Part shown: piece after piece, positions 1 through 12,195 of the stretch
Layout of the letters: each line of letters starts with the position of its first letter
How positions within the stretch are numbered: position 1 is the first letter of the stretch
Origin: Octopus bimaculoides
Taxonomy: Eukaryota
Length of the DNA stretch: 36,421 nt
Assembly: GCF_001194135.2 (NCBI RefSeq)
Contig: NC_069002.1
Location: 34,695,484-34,731,904 of the forward strand
Direction: 5' to 3'
Made by a program: the position numbers and the translations under genes
Notes under the pieces: model-generated
Database searches by the model: none
What the model saw: only the letters and a program-made list of their open reading frames with translations
What the model was told of the DNA's origin: nothing

Positions 1-70
1 ATATATGTATGTATATATATATATATATATACACACATATGTACACATATATACATACATACATGTGAAT
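1..70. repeat. (TA)n/(TACA)n microsatellite
   Basis: Direct reading of the sequence. Confidence 0.9.
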
Positions 71-1118
71 ATCTACATGCATGCATACATAAAAGTATAA
101 CCTGAAGATGCAAACGAAAAAGCTGAAGAAATGTCTTCAGTTGGGAAAAAGTGTTAATAAACAAATCATAAACATGTAGGAAAGTTATCGACAATATTGA
201 AACCAATTAATAATATGGAATTTCTATCTGTCTTTCAATGTATCTGTCTATATAGCACAGCATCCTCATATATGTGTGTATCTGCGCCTGTGCGTGTGTT
301 TGTGTAGAATCCACATATGCTACTGTTGTGCGTGTGCATGTATTTCTCTGTATATTTCTATGTCCGTATAATGTCTATTGTTGCCTACGCGTCTTTCACG
401 GGGCAAAATACATTAAGATGAAAAATTTTATTTCCTTTACATGTTTTTCACATGTTCACTTGAGGATATCTGAAAAATTCACGCACAATTATACAATATC
501 ACATGCAGTTCTCTGTAAATACAATTACTGTATGTGGGTCTCATTAAAGCATGTTGATATCCCGAAGGCAGAAATCACATCTAACACAGAAGTATCGAAC
601 CATTTTCCATTTTTTTCTGACAGACAAAATTGTGTAAACAGCTATTTTTATTTATTACGATCGTTAAAACATATGGCAATAAGTAAAATTATATAAAGTG
701 TGTTAGAGAAAAGAGTGTTACCGAATATTTACAGCTTTAGAAGCTAAGATTTATAGCGATTTATGTTTGAGAACTTACTTGCACACGATAATACGAACAT
801 GATTCATATGATGGTGTTTTTGTTTAATCTTGTCTTAGAAATTGGGAATCAACCACATAATTTAACACATAATGTTATAACTGGCTGCGGTTCGATTCAG
901 TTTAATTGAACAAGTAATTGGTAATTATGAGGTCGCACGATATGGATGAAATTAGAATAGAATGACTTACAAAGCTCAATGAAGATGTAGAGGAACGCTT
1001 GATGCCCTGAGAAGGAAATTAGATGCATTTATGCATGAAACAGACCGATGGGATCGTTTCATCTGGAACTAGTTTCATTACAAGTTCGTTTACTCCTAAC
1101 AATAACAATAACACTTTC

Positions 1119-1120
1119 TC

Positions 1121-1168
<48 letters not shown>

Positions 1169-1221
1169 NNNNNNNNNNNNNNNNNNNNNNNNNNNNNNNN
1201 NNNNNNNNNNNNNNNNNNNNN

Positions 1222-1251
<30 letters not shown>
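1119..1251. repeat. Compound (TG)n(AG)n microsatellite containing an assembly gap (1169-1221)
   Basis: Direct reading. Confidence 0.95.
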
Positions 1252-1255
<4 letters not shown>

Positions 1256-1261
1256 GGTAAA

Positions 1262-1510
1262 GACTCCATTCGGCCGTAAATGACAAAGGATTACACTTAC
1301 AAAGTTCTCCTCTGAGGCATAGCTCTGGGCTAGTTTGTTTACAGGAAACCAGCAGTCGAACATGACTCTCCGCACCACCGATGATGTCCATTTCTACAAC
1401 TGACTGGCAACGCGTAATATAGTGATTTAAGAGCACAACTCAGAGCCTAGTCCAAGAATCGAACTCACTATCTCATGATTGAGATCCCGATGCTCTATTC
1501 ACTGAGCCAT
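1262..1510 (-). mobile_element. tRNA-derived SINE with CORE-like central domain, decayed
   Basis: The reverse complement starts ATGGCTCAGTGAATAG (A-box) and contains GTGAGTTCGATTC (B-box). Head and centre align by eye to the SINE at 29066-29190 (GTTGTG..CTT..CACT.TATT..CGTTGCC..TCAG.TG); the tail differs. Confidence 0.75.
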
Positions 1511-2905
1511 GTATATATATAAACTTCATATTATATAGATCATGTAGTATCTACGTTATATTTTTTTTATTGGAGTACTAGATACGTCAGTCAAATGCAG
1601 TTTAAAGCACCACTTATTGCTTTAAAGACTTATAGGAGTTCATACAGGAGAGCATAGTCCGAAATATACAAATGTGTTGGACGTTTTAATTTTGCAATTT
1701 AGCAAATTGATAACAGTAGCATACTAGAATAAGAAGTTATATCAACATCAAATTATACTCTAATCGCATTATAAACGAAACAAAGATGTCATAGTGTAAT
1801 CTTTGCTGTCCAATGTTTGAATTTTCTTGAAGCTTTTGTTCCATTCTGTAACTAGTCGAAATAGTTTCCATAATAAGTAGTTTCCTTCCCATTAAAAATA
1901 TCAGATATACCACTGTATATTTACGCTTATGTGGTGGTATACTAGATTATATTTGGCTTCACTCTGAACAGTTTACATTCTCGCATTACGACATGTCTCC
2001 CTGTGTTATTTATTGTTTTACAAATGATATTGAGAAACAATGTGATTTTTTTTACATTGTTTCTTATGCAATGCATGGCTATAAATATCATGAACATCAT
2101 GTGCAAAACCCCAGTCATTCTCTTGACAAAAAAGCTCGAATGTGCTGCTAGAAGGAATCAGTATCAATTCTAGAGTGTTGGAAGAATAAACGAACATAAC
2201 AAAACCTGGCATCTAAATATCTTGGATGACAGTAGAATTGCTTAAACGAGAATTTTTGAAGAAATGAACTGAATTAGAAAGAAGAAACATTCCCTAATTC
2301 CAAACACAGTCAATTTTTGTATCATGCGATATATACAGGCAAAAGGAACAAATATTTTATGAATGAATTCGTTTACCTTTTTTGTTGTGTGTGTGTGGTC
2401 AGAAATATATTCACAACAAATTACTAACCGAAGAACGACGAAATTGGCAGAATCAAAATTGAAGCGACTCTGATGATGTCAAGGAAAGACAATAAGGTAC
2501 CAGTGTAATAACAAATGCTGAAAGGTAGGTTTATTATCTTGTTAGCATTACAACCAGAGCAATTTTATTTTGCCATGCTGTCAAATTAATCTAACAATGT
2601 CACAGAATTGATGCAATAATATTCATCTATAATTCTTCGATATGTAAACCAATGATAGTTTGTAACTTCATAAACCAATACTTTCTGTGACTTGAAAATG
2701 CCACGTAAGTGACAATTGACCAGGTTATCCACTCGTAAACATGCTCACATTAGAATATATGAGAAGCATTAGATACAACGCACGAAGTTAAGTGCGATAT
2801 TGTCGATAGTTCTGTTAGCATATTTGAAGAGAACCGTAATGTAATACCTCAATCTATGCCAATAACAAGCAATAAAAAATGCAATTGATAATTATGTTTA
2901 CTCCA

Positions 2906-2964
<59 letters not shown>

Positions 2965-2968
2965 TAAC
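2906..2968. repeat. (AAT)n microsatellite
   Basis: Direct reading. Confidence 0.95.
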
Positions 2969-3654
2969 TTTAAGAGCAACAACTACTACAAAAACGTACG
3001 AATAATCGATATTAAATAATTAAATACACATTTCCTTTGTAACAAAGTCTTTATTGATAATTTCTCTCTTGTGTTCCACGCTGCAGTATTAACATCGTCT
3101 TTAGAAAAATGTAAATAGGGGGACTAAATATTGATTTGTAAGATAGTTACACGACCAAATAAGACGAGGTTGTGTATAATCGATTATATGCAGCAGTTCA
3201 GACGTGGAATAAATTGGTTTGCAGTGAGAAAGTGGAATAAACTATTGTTTCAAGTATTCTTTGAATATAACATCTTTCTGCAATTAGAAAACATTAACCG
3301 ATGGAATGGCAGTGATCGGCCCCGTTTAAGTCTAATTTCTGCGGAAAGTGGTCTCACGAAACAGCGCAATCAAGATACTATCCCACGGATTAAAGATTTT
3401 TTTTCTCCTTCAGTACCCGTCGGTAATATTCAAAATTGTGTTACACGTATTTTCAAAAAGCTCATTAATTTAAAACCAAACGCCAGTGGACAATATAAAC
3501 AGAATATTTACTTGTAACTAAACAAACGGTGGAAATTTAGAATCACAATAATTTCTGTATCCTTAAAAGACAAAACAGGACATAAATTACCATTTTCATC
3601 CTGGTTAATCATGATGGCATTAGAATAAAACTTCCACGCACGAGCACCCTTCCT

Positions 3655-3794
3655 TGCATTCCGCCAAGATCGACTTTGCCTTTCATCTTTTTGGAGCCAT
3701 AAAATAAGCAGCAGTTTAGTACTAAAGTCGATGAAATTGACTAACATCCGCCCACGAAAATGCTAGCCTCATGCTGAAATTTGAAACCAATATT
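3655..3794 (+). mobile_element. 5'-truncated, decayed tRNA-SINE (same family as 7191-8696)
   Basis: ATTCCGCCAAGATCGACTTTGCCTTTCATC matches the reverse complement of GATGAAAGGCAAAGTCGAC at about 8590-8608. It ends GAAACCAATATT, like the copy at 7933-8157. Confidence 0.75.
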
Positions 3795-4540
3795 TAATCT
3801 GTGCTTAGGTACTTCTCAAAATATTTGACCATATTTTCAGCATGAGAATTCAATTTATTCCACTTAAAATTTTAAGTAGAGATCAAACGTAAAGCAACTA
3901 TATTTAATTAAGGACAACATCTAATGAACACGAATGATTCCCAAAACGTCCATCTCTAGAAAAAAAAATCATTGTGTTACCATATTCTTTAATTTCCAAC
4001 GCAAACTAGCCTGTATATTTTTGGATGTTGTCACTTTATCGAACTGCCAATACAAACCTCTCCTCTTATCTCCGGCTATATTATATTCATCAGGTGTTAT
4101 AACAAGAGCTACCGTTTTGTTTCATTATGTTAGCATATTCTTTGAGAGCGAAAAACTTCTGCATTTAACATCAGCTAATATCTTCACAGATTGCCAATGT
4201 AAATCACACCTAAAGAATTTGATTACTACACTTTACTGTATTGTCAATTAGATTCACCTCCTTTCCTGTTTATTGCCATATAAATCAAATTGAAATAAGA
4301 CAGAAACATGTAACGGCTAAAGTCTGATTTTTAGGAAAATGAATTTCTCATTTCTGTTGAACGTGTGGAAATGCGTTGTACAGTACTACATTATAACTAT
4401 ATTGAGGTCTATTTAAATTACAGTTGAGGTGCTTCACGTAACGATGTTTGAGATATATCGGTAAGAAATTTGTACGAAAATCCCATTTAATGAGAAAATA
4501 TTTCTCAAAAGATGCATTAGTAAAAGCTAATCTGTCTCAC

Positions 4541-4555
4541 ATATACACACACACG

Positions 4556-4608
<53 letters not shown>

Positions 4609-4695
4609 GCACACAGACAAGCACACACATTTAAATATATATGTGTGTGCGTGCGTATACATGTGTTTATGTGTGTGTGTTCGTGTTTTTGTGTG
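4541..4695. repeat. (CA)n followed by degenerate (TA)/(TG)n
   Basis: Direct reading. Confidence 0.9.
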
Positions 4696-6986
4696 TTTGT
4701 GTATTTGCTTTGCCATACTCTTGACGTGAAATCAAATGTTGAAATAGCTGTTATTGTATTTCGGAGATCGTTAATTGTCATAGCTCTTTCGTCATACATT
4801 CTGTGACCTCTTTAACGACATTCTATCTCCTTTTGTCCTCTGTGTTCCATTGTATCAAAATGAGAAGATAAATGAAACACGCGAACACAAACAGTGTAGT
4901 ATACAAACTCATATACACGCAAACAAGATACACATACACATACAAAACACATATATACATAGACACGGACACACACATACACACATACGACATGCACGAA
5001 CACAGACACAAACATAGGGAAACGCAGATATAGACGTAAAAGCATGCGTAGATAGGGATACATTACGAACATAGTATAGATACAAGAAACATGAGGGATC
5101 GAAGATCATTGAAGAGATCAGAGAAAGTGTGACGAAAAAATTGATTCCATTTAGAAGAAATATAAGACCTTAACGTAAGGAAAATGCGAGACTTAGAGAC
5201 AATGCATTAGAAGTCTGGGCGTTTTATCTAGTAGGAAAACTCAAGCCTCTGGATTGAATCTCTGAAGTTAATTATATAAAACAACGATCGAAATATGTCA
5301 CGAGCAAAACATAGTTAATAACGATGTATTCTGAAAAACAAGGTGTAACATTTACATCACAGGAAAACTCATCAAAATGCATTCTTAGTTGTTTCAAATA
5401 TATGGAATGCCTGTTTTCGTGTTCTTTCTTCTTTTACCAACCAATCAGTGTTAAGTCTATGCAATCATGGACAACAGAAAATTAAATAATAGTTTACTAC
5501 CACTAGCAAATGTTTTACGATGTATGAACCAACATATGGATTCGATAGCTAGATCTCAGTTGAGAGAATGATATATATATAAAACGATGTAGAACAGTAA
5601 AGCACGTTATTAACCTCCTGTTGCTGCTCGAAGCTCTTTGTTATCCTCATGTTTTGTATATGGCATGCTTTTACAGCCGATGTCAGTATACCAGTAGAAA
5701 TTCTTTAGTGCGAGACACATCCAGTAATGAACCGCAATACTGTATACTTTGTCGGAAATCATCATTACGTATATCATTCAGCCATCAGGAGTTAAATATG
5801 TTGATAGGAACACCATTGCAGTGTAACTACATCTGAGGAAGCTTCGGCTCATCAGTAGAAATCTCCAGTGATCGATAGTGTAGAAGTAGATATAAATGAT
5901 TTATTAAAGTGACATTACAAATTAATACAGATATAGAAATGTACCAAATGGTATGACTGTCGGCGACCTTACACGGTGGTAAATATTAATTTATTGATGC
6001 CAACGACGAAAGAAATGATTAACACTGCCATTTATTCATTATCTTAAGATTTTCATTATAAAGACAAGAAACATTAGCACACGGAGTTCATGTCGGAGCA
6101 AGATCTATATATATCCTTTCACCTTTGTTTTATAATCTTTAGAAAATGTCAATTAGTATTATAAAGAAGACAGTGTCTTTGATTAGATGTAATCTTTATT
6201 TGAACTGATTCTGCTATCTATTCTATAATATATCAATACACTTAATTTACAATTGAAATTCTCCGTTGAAAAGATCGATATTATGCATATTTTATGTTCA
6301 GGCAGAGAATCTTTTTAAATACTTACTGAAACATTATTTTCTCTTTTTCATTTTCATTTTCGTTTCGGATAAGATGTGAGAAAAAAGCCCGGAATCTAAA
6401 AAAAAAAAAAAACACACACGATGTCCGGTTTTCAACGTAATGCAGTGTTAGCAATGCTTCGATATTATGCTTAACAAGAGAGCAGAATTTGAGGGTTAGG
6501 TCGTGTTCGAACACTCGATTTCTGTTCTGAACTGTTAGAGAAAGCTTTACACACTCACACACGCGCGCAGGAATACACATATTATGTATGTTTGTATGCA
6601 TATATGTATGTAATGTATATATATNNNNNNNNNNNNNNNNNNNNNNNNNNNNNNNNNNNNNNNNNNNNNNNNNNNATATATATGTATTCAAGTGTTGGAG
6701 AAATATGCTCTGACATAAAAGTTGCTGTCAAAATAGTACCAATCATCTTAAATGCCTGTCTCTGGAACCTACTCTGGCGTCCGGGAGAATGTCAAACCTA
6801 TTCTACAAGCATTTCTCAACTTAATCCATTGCGGTACAAATGCCTTACTGTCGCTTTATTTCTTGATTAGTTTTTGTTTTTTATTTTTAGAAAGTTCTAT
6901 GCCAATGTATGTGTGACGTGAACATGCAAATACCAAAGTAACTCTGAACAATCAGGCTGAATGGGAGACGCCAATAATCTGACAAT

Positions 6987-7021
6987 ATGATGTAATCATC
7001 CTCTGTCTGTATGTGTGTGTG

Positions 7022-7057
<36 letters not shown>

Positions 7058-7110
7058 TATTAGCATGTATGTATGTAAGCATGTATGTATGTATGTATGA
7101 ATGCATGCAT
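6987..7110. repeat. (TG)n and (TATG)n microsatellite
   Basis: Direct reading. Confidence 0.9.
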
Positions 7111-7190
7111 GTCTGTACGGACGTAATACTTTTTCTTGAAATCTTCTTTCTCCCCAGATCATCTATGGATCCCCGCCCGCCTAAATATTT

Positions 7191-7408
7191 TCTTATTTCC
7201 TTATTGCCCACAAGGGGCTAAACGTAGAGGGGACAAAAAATATACAGACAAACAAGATATTGACCACAGTGCGTAACTGGTACTTAATTTATCGCCTCCG
7301 AAAGGATGAAAGTCAAAGTCAATTTCGGCGGAATTTGAACTCAGAACATAAAGTCAGACAAAATACCGCATTTCGCCTGGTGTGCTAACGTTTCTGCCAG
7401 CTCGCCAC
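7191..7408 (-). mobile_element. Near full-length tRNA-derived SINE
   Basis: The reverse complement begins GTGGCGAGCTGGCAGAAACGTTAG (A-box) and contains GAGTTCAAATTCCGCC (B-box). It is colinear with 8465-8694. Confidence 0.9.
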
Positions 7409-7932
7409 CCGTCGAGCTAGTTTCTATTCAGTGTTTCTAAGACATTTTGCATTCACAAACTTGTTATACCTCATAGCTGAACCTTCCTCTTAGCTATCAA
7501 TAAAGACGACATAGAGAGTCTTCTCCAGTACATAACACCTTCAAGAGACTAAATACGGAAACTTTTATTTTATTAACCAGCGTTTTATTATGGCGTAACA
7601 ACTAATTTAAATGTCCAAAGTAACAGCGGTATTTATTTTCTCGAAATTACTCTTAATCATTTATTTATTTCAACTTTATATCTGTTAAATGACACTAATC
7701 GGGATATATGAGCAATTTAATAGGCGAGAGGGTAATAAAAATATTGCCATCCGGGGTCACCAGGAGTAGTCTTGACCGCTGATCTCCATTGTTCGTTTTT
7801 TGTATTGGCCCTGTTGAAGTGTAAATAAAATTTGACATCAATGGGTTTTCCATAGAACACAAGAAGCTAACACGTCTAAGGTAACATATTCATCGACATA
7901 CTAAACATTTTACCAATATTCAACCGCAATAA

Positions 7933-8157
7933 GCCGGAGGCCTGGTAAAATCGTTACCACGACAGGTAAAATGCATCGCGGCTTTTCCTCCGTGTTTAGG
8001 TCTGATGTTGAAATGTTACCAATATCGACTTTGACTTTCATTTTAGGGGGGGGGCGGTAAAGTAAGTACCAGTTGACCTTTGGGGTCAATGTATTTGACT
8101 TTAACCTCCTTACTCCCTGAATCTGCTGGCCCTGTACCAAAATATGAAACCAATATT
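7933..8157 (+). mobile_element. Decayed tRNA-SINE of the same family, opposite orientation
   Basis: CTGGTAAAATCGTTA..., ATCGACTTTGACTTTCAT, TAAGTACCAGTTG, TGGGGTCAATGTA; ends GAAACCAATATT. Confidence 0.75.
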
Positions 8158-8256
8158 CCACTAGTGTACGTAATTTATTGTAATTCAAGTTATTGGTGTC
8201 ACGGAATGTCGAAGCCTCTATCAACAAAAGAAGAAAACAAATATACCTAGTAGTAC

Positions 8257-8273
8257 AATGCTCCATGGATATT
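8257..8273 (+). repeat. Left target-site duplication AATGCTCCATGGATATT
   Basis: Identical 17-mer at 8697-8713; the pair brackets the SINE dimer. Confidence 0.92.
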
Positions 8274-8464
8274 CGTTTCTTTTCTAGGCACAAGGGTCGA
8301 AATGTTCGGAGAGGGGGGCGTCGATTAAATCGACCCCAGTATGCATCTGATACTTAGTTTATCGACCACGAAAGGAATGAAACCAAAGTCAACCTCAGCG
8401 GATTATGAACTCAGAATATAAAGATGGACGAAATACCGCTAAGAACTTTGCCCGTATTAACGGT
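8274..8464 (-). mobile_element. SINE monomer C (3' half of dimer); lacks about 15-20 nt of its 5' head; tail type GGCACAAGG...GGGGGG
   Basis: The head and centre repeat 8545-8680 (translated in the ORF track as NSEYKDGRNTAKNFAR versus SSECKDGRNTAKNFAR). The tail differs from monomer B. Confidence 0.85.
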
Positions 8465-8696
8465 TCTTATTTCTTTACTGCCCACAAGGGGCTACACACA
8501 GAGGGAAAAAAAACAAGGACAGGCAAACGGATAAATCGATTATATCGACCTCAGTGCGTAACTGGTACTTATTTAATCGACCCTGAAAGGATGAAAGGCA
8601 AAGTCGACCTCCGGAATATGAGCTCAGAATGTAAAGACGGACGAAATACCGCTAAGAATTTTGCCCGTGCTAACGATTCTGCAAGCTCGCCGCCTT
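8465..8696 (-). mobile_element. SINE monomer B (5' half of dimer), full length
   Basis: The reverse complement begins AAGGCGGCGAGCTTGCAGAATCGTTAG. The tail CTTATTTCTTTACTGCCCACAAGGGGCTA matches the 7191 copy. Confidence 0.9.
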
Positions 8697-8713
8697 AATG
8701 CTCCATGGATATT
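8697..8713 (+). repeat. Right target-site duplication AATGCTCCATGGATATT
   Basis: Identical to 8257-8273. Confidence 0.92.
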
Positions 8714-9264
8714 GGCTGTTTAATGATCAATACATGTTTCAATCATTTACATGTTATCCACGAATAAGATATTTTCAATCTTTTTGGTATTTTATTAAGA
8801 ATGATTTGGTAGAATTACTCGTGCGTGTCGTGAATATCTTCAGTTACCTGCCCTTAGAAAATGTGATCAAATATCATCGATGTCGATGCGCTTTTGATTC
8901 TTCTGTTCTGTATAAATTTCTGTGTTAATATAAGATTGGCTAGAATTGCCGTAACCCTCGGGACAAGCACCTCATAAATTCAGTTACCGTCGTTATAAAC
9001 TCAGCATTGAGCTTATCAAAAAGTGCAAGATGGTTGTCATTATCGCAAAAGCCATAACCGATTTCTGTTGCAAACAAAAGCTTCTGCTAACGTGAAGTAT
9101 GACACATATTTGCCATATGTCAGGAAAATATTCTGAGAAATGAATGTCCCAGTCTCATGGTTCTGGATTAAGGCTCACTGCTCATACACTGTCCTGCGTA
9201 TACGCGTGTTTGTTCTCGAAAATTGATTGTGGTGCGTCGAAGAAATTCCTATACATTTACTTCT

Positions 9265-9309
9265 CTGTCTCTCTCTCTCCCTGTGCCTCCCTGCCTCCCT
9301 CTCTCTCTG

Positions 9310-9381
<72 letters not shown>

Positions 9382-9401
9382 CTCTGTGTGTGTGTAGTGT
9401 G

Positions 9402-9436
<35 letters not shown>

Positions 9437-9460
9437 GGGTGTGTGTGTGTGTATGTGTCA
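9265..9460. repeat. Compound (CT)n(TA)n(TG)n microsatellite
   Basis: Direct reading. Confidence 0.9.
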
Positions 9461-9782
9461 GTGTATCATTGTATTTCTGTCCGCGCGTCAGGTGATCGAA
9501 CTAGGTTCTAAACTGCTGCGAGAAAACATCCCAAATGATTTCCTATTAATTGGATAAAACAGTATATTACACATTGACTTANNNNNNNNNNNNNNNNNNN
9601 NNNNNNNNNNNNNNNNNNNNNNNNNNNNNNNNNNNNNNNNNNNNNNNNNNNNNNNNNNNNNNNNNNNNNNNNNNNNNNNNNNNNNNNNNNNNNNNNNNNN
9701 NNNNNNNNNNNNNNNNNNNNNNNNNNNNNNNNNNNNNNNNNNNNNNNNNNNNNNNNNNNNNNNNNNNNNNNNNNNNNNNNNN

Positions 9783-9833
<51 letters not shown>

Positions 9834-10554
9834 CAAGATTTTGCTGTGTGTGACTCTCCTCATCATTATCTCGAGGAGACTCATTATTTTTTCTGCATTA
9901 TATTTATTAACATTTACTTCCCTGCAGCCGATACTATTTAATTATACGGTTATTTCGTAGCATTGTGTCGTGGATCTGATACGGGACATTATATATCACA
10001 TAAATGTTACATTGTATGACAAATGCTACTGAGTCGAGGTTCAATATTCATATATTTTGGAAACAACGGAAATGCGATATCTTACTTTAGTACTCATTGA
10101 GTTAGGGCTGACATGTCTGAGGTATTCACGCTCAATCTGTATGTCATTTTAGACAACCTATGCACTTTAAACAAGGGTTTGTCTAAAGCAGGTGACTAAA
10201 CGTGGGTTAAATGCTAAATGTATAAAATCACGTTGAACTAACAGTGTCTCGAATACGTAGGACACCCGTCGTCTCAAATGTATTACACTGATATTTTTTT
10301 TATTGTTGCTGGGGTGTAATCTTTTCTGTGAAGACTACACCACGTCACACCCTAGTTTAAGGGATATGCTATTCAATTCATTGAATAACTTGGTCCTCAG
10401 ACACAAAATCAATGAAAGGTTCCCTCATAAAACACTCATGGCTTAAACATCTAAACTCAGAAGAAGAAATAATAAGGATTAATGAAATACGAGTACAAAA
10501 TATCGGAAGGAAGTGTAAAAAAATAGAAATGATAATGGCGTTATTTTGATTGCT

Positions 10555-11555
10555 ATATCAGACCTAAATGCAAATTTTATATAACGTAATATACAGTAAT
10601 ATAGACATTTTGAAAATATTCTTTGCTGCGTGAAACGGAATAAGCATGATTAGATAGTGAAACAACAATTGTGGAATGCATTTGGAATCCAGGAGGCGAA
10701 ATTCTACAGAGCGGATTATATATACGACTAAAAAGAGAAAAATGTTACTATACGTACATCTAGAAAAAATATTATAAAATATCCATTTTAGGACAACGCA
10801 AAAATCTAGTAAAGAATAATGGGAAGTTATTACACGTAGCTGCGAAATATGCAGAAATCTATATTCTATCTTCAAAGAAGCTACGAAATATAAAACAGAG
10901 TGTAATATAACAGAGAGTTTGGGGGAAGAAAGGAGAAATAACAATTTTAATTGTGAAAAACGAACAAAACATCTAAGCAGGCCATAGAGCTACATAATAC
11001 CATGCGAAAACGATGGCAATAAAAGTCCTTACTTGGACAATACCTATAAAGTCTGATCAAATGGAAATAGATAAAGAAAAACTATCAGTACTAAATGGGA
11101 GGGGCAGGAATCAAAGCTGAGAATGAAAAATATTTATTGCGGCACATTATTAAAACCTTTGCATTAGAATCTACAAAGAGTTAGTGATAAAAGGGAATAA
11201 AATAAATAACAGCATTGTATGTGTGGGCTGAGAGAATACAATTTATCGCTGCGTTTGGATACCAATTCTAAATCAAGGGAAGAATATTATTTCGGGCATG
11301 GTCATGCTAAGGCTTTCATACACAGGTAATGATGCCAATATTAAAAAAAAATATGCAAAAGCCGAGGGTGGTGTAAACATTCACTGGGAAAGAATTTAGA
11401 GAACCACTAAGCAATCTCATATTCTGGGTTAGGGTAATCTCCACAAAGGGGAAAATCATGCAGAGTTGAACGGATATTGTTGCCTAATTCAAGCAAAAAA
11501 CCTTCCATTTCCAACGTACACCTTCGACAAACTTAGTAAATATAAACATTCGACA
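10555..11555 (+). pseudogene. Heavily decayed C-terminal ORF of an R4/Dong-like REL non-LTR retrotransposon (post-RT region, zinc-knuckle region, REL endonuclease)
   Basis: Manual translation across frameshifts gives motifs in the expected order: SDLNAN (10558), YSIFKEATKYKTE (10862), WQ*KSLLGQYL (11014; cf. W..K.LHGQY), GIKAENE then IAAH (11107-11147; cf. GLKAETE..I.AAQ), EYYFGHGHAKAFIH (11282; cf. EY..RHD.VAK.IH), WCKHSLGKNLEN (11369; cf. WY.H.P..V.EN), IFWVRVISTKGKIMQS*TDIV (11419; cf. ILWD..I.TD..I..NRPDIV), KLSKYKH (11529). Consensus motifs are from memory of the family. Confidence 0.75.
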
Positions 11556-11588
11556 TGGTGTCCGTTCAACGCATTCGTTCGTTGCTCA

Positions 11589-11601
11589 AAATAATAATAA
11601 C

Positions 11602-11657
<56 letters not shown>
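11589..11657. repeat. (AAT)n tract 5' of the young retroelement
   Basis: Direct reading. Confidence 0.95.
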
Positions 11658-11658
<1 letters not shown>

Positions 11659-12080
11659 GCCTTCAACCTGTAGACATCGTCGAAAATAGAAATGCAAAGA
11701 TCCTATGGGATTTTATGATTCAGTGCGACCATGAGATGGAGAATAGGAAACCGGACATATTCTTAATTGAGAAAGACAACAAATTATGCCGGATAATAGA
11801 TATAGCATGCCCAACCGACAACAAGGTATGCGGTAAAGAAGAAAGAAAAGTTGAGAGATATGACAGGTTAGCTTGGGAAGTTAAGCAGTTGTGGTCGATG
11901 AAAAAGGTAGCAGTAGTACCAATAATTGTCGGAGCCCTGGGAACAGTGAACAAAAATCTCGAAAACTACGTGGAACAAATAGGGGCTGCAATAAGGGTGG
12001 AGCACTTGCAGAAAACAACACTGCTTGGAACCACTCGAATACTCCAGATGGTGCTCGAAAAAAAAGAGGTGTTACCTTAG
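11658..12080 (+). pseudogene. Uninterrupted reading-frame fragment: REL (PD-D/ExK) endonuclease C-terminus
   Basis: SLQPVDIVENRNAKILWDFMIQCDHEMENRKPDIFLIEKDNKLCRIIDIACPTD...KVERYDRLAWEVKQLW...VPIIVGALGTV...LQKTTLLGTTRILQMVL. No stop or frameshift in 140 codons; the ATG at 11715 is internal. Confidence 0.88.
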
Positions 12081-12142
12081 TTCACTGGTAGTGAACAGCT
12101 GACACCGTAGTACATCTACAGCATTAAAAGCTGTGCAAAGGC
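11658..12142 (+). mobile_element. 5'-truncated R4/Dong-like non-LTR retrotransposon inserted in (TAA)n
   Basis: (AAT)n abuts both ends. It consists of an REL endonuclease frame plus about 60 nt of 3'UTR. Confidence 0.85.
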
Positions 12143-12159
12143 AATAATAATAATACTAC

Positions 12160-12195
<36 letters not shown>

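Noticed and set aside
101-142. CTGAAGA motif and a 7-9 bp hairpin resembling a hammerhead
   Set aside because: No GAAAC after a stem II and no stem I partner
2470-2500. CTGATGA followed by a TGTC/GACA stem
   Set aside because: The required GAAA is absent (AATA instead)
4070-4100. Minus-strand CACCTGATGAA...TATAGCCG similar to the 31452 hammerhead
   Set aside because: Stem II and GAAAC are missing and the flanks do not align; at most a very decayed copy
7912-8158. ACCAATATTC direct repeat as a TSD of the plus-strand SINE
   Set aside because: GAAACCAATATT is also the end of the 3655 copy, so it is probably the SINE's own terminus; the left match is about 12 nt from the head
9130-9190. CATGGTTCTGGATTAAGGCTCACTG resembling the SINE head at 22655-22685
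   Set aside because: Too short and diverged to call
9502-9567. Possible terminal exon VIELGSKLLRENIPNDFLLIG*
   Set aside because: The acceptor is embedded at the end of a microsatellite and no homology was recognised
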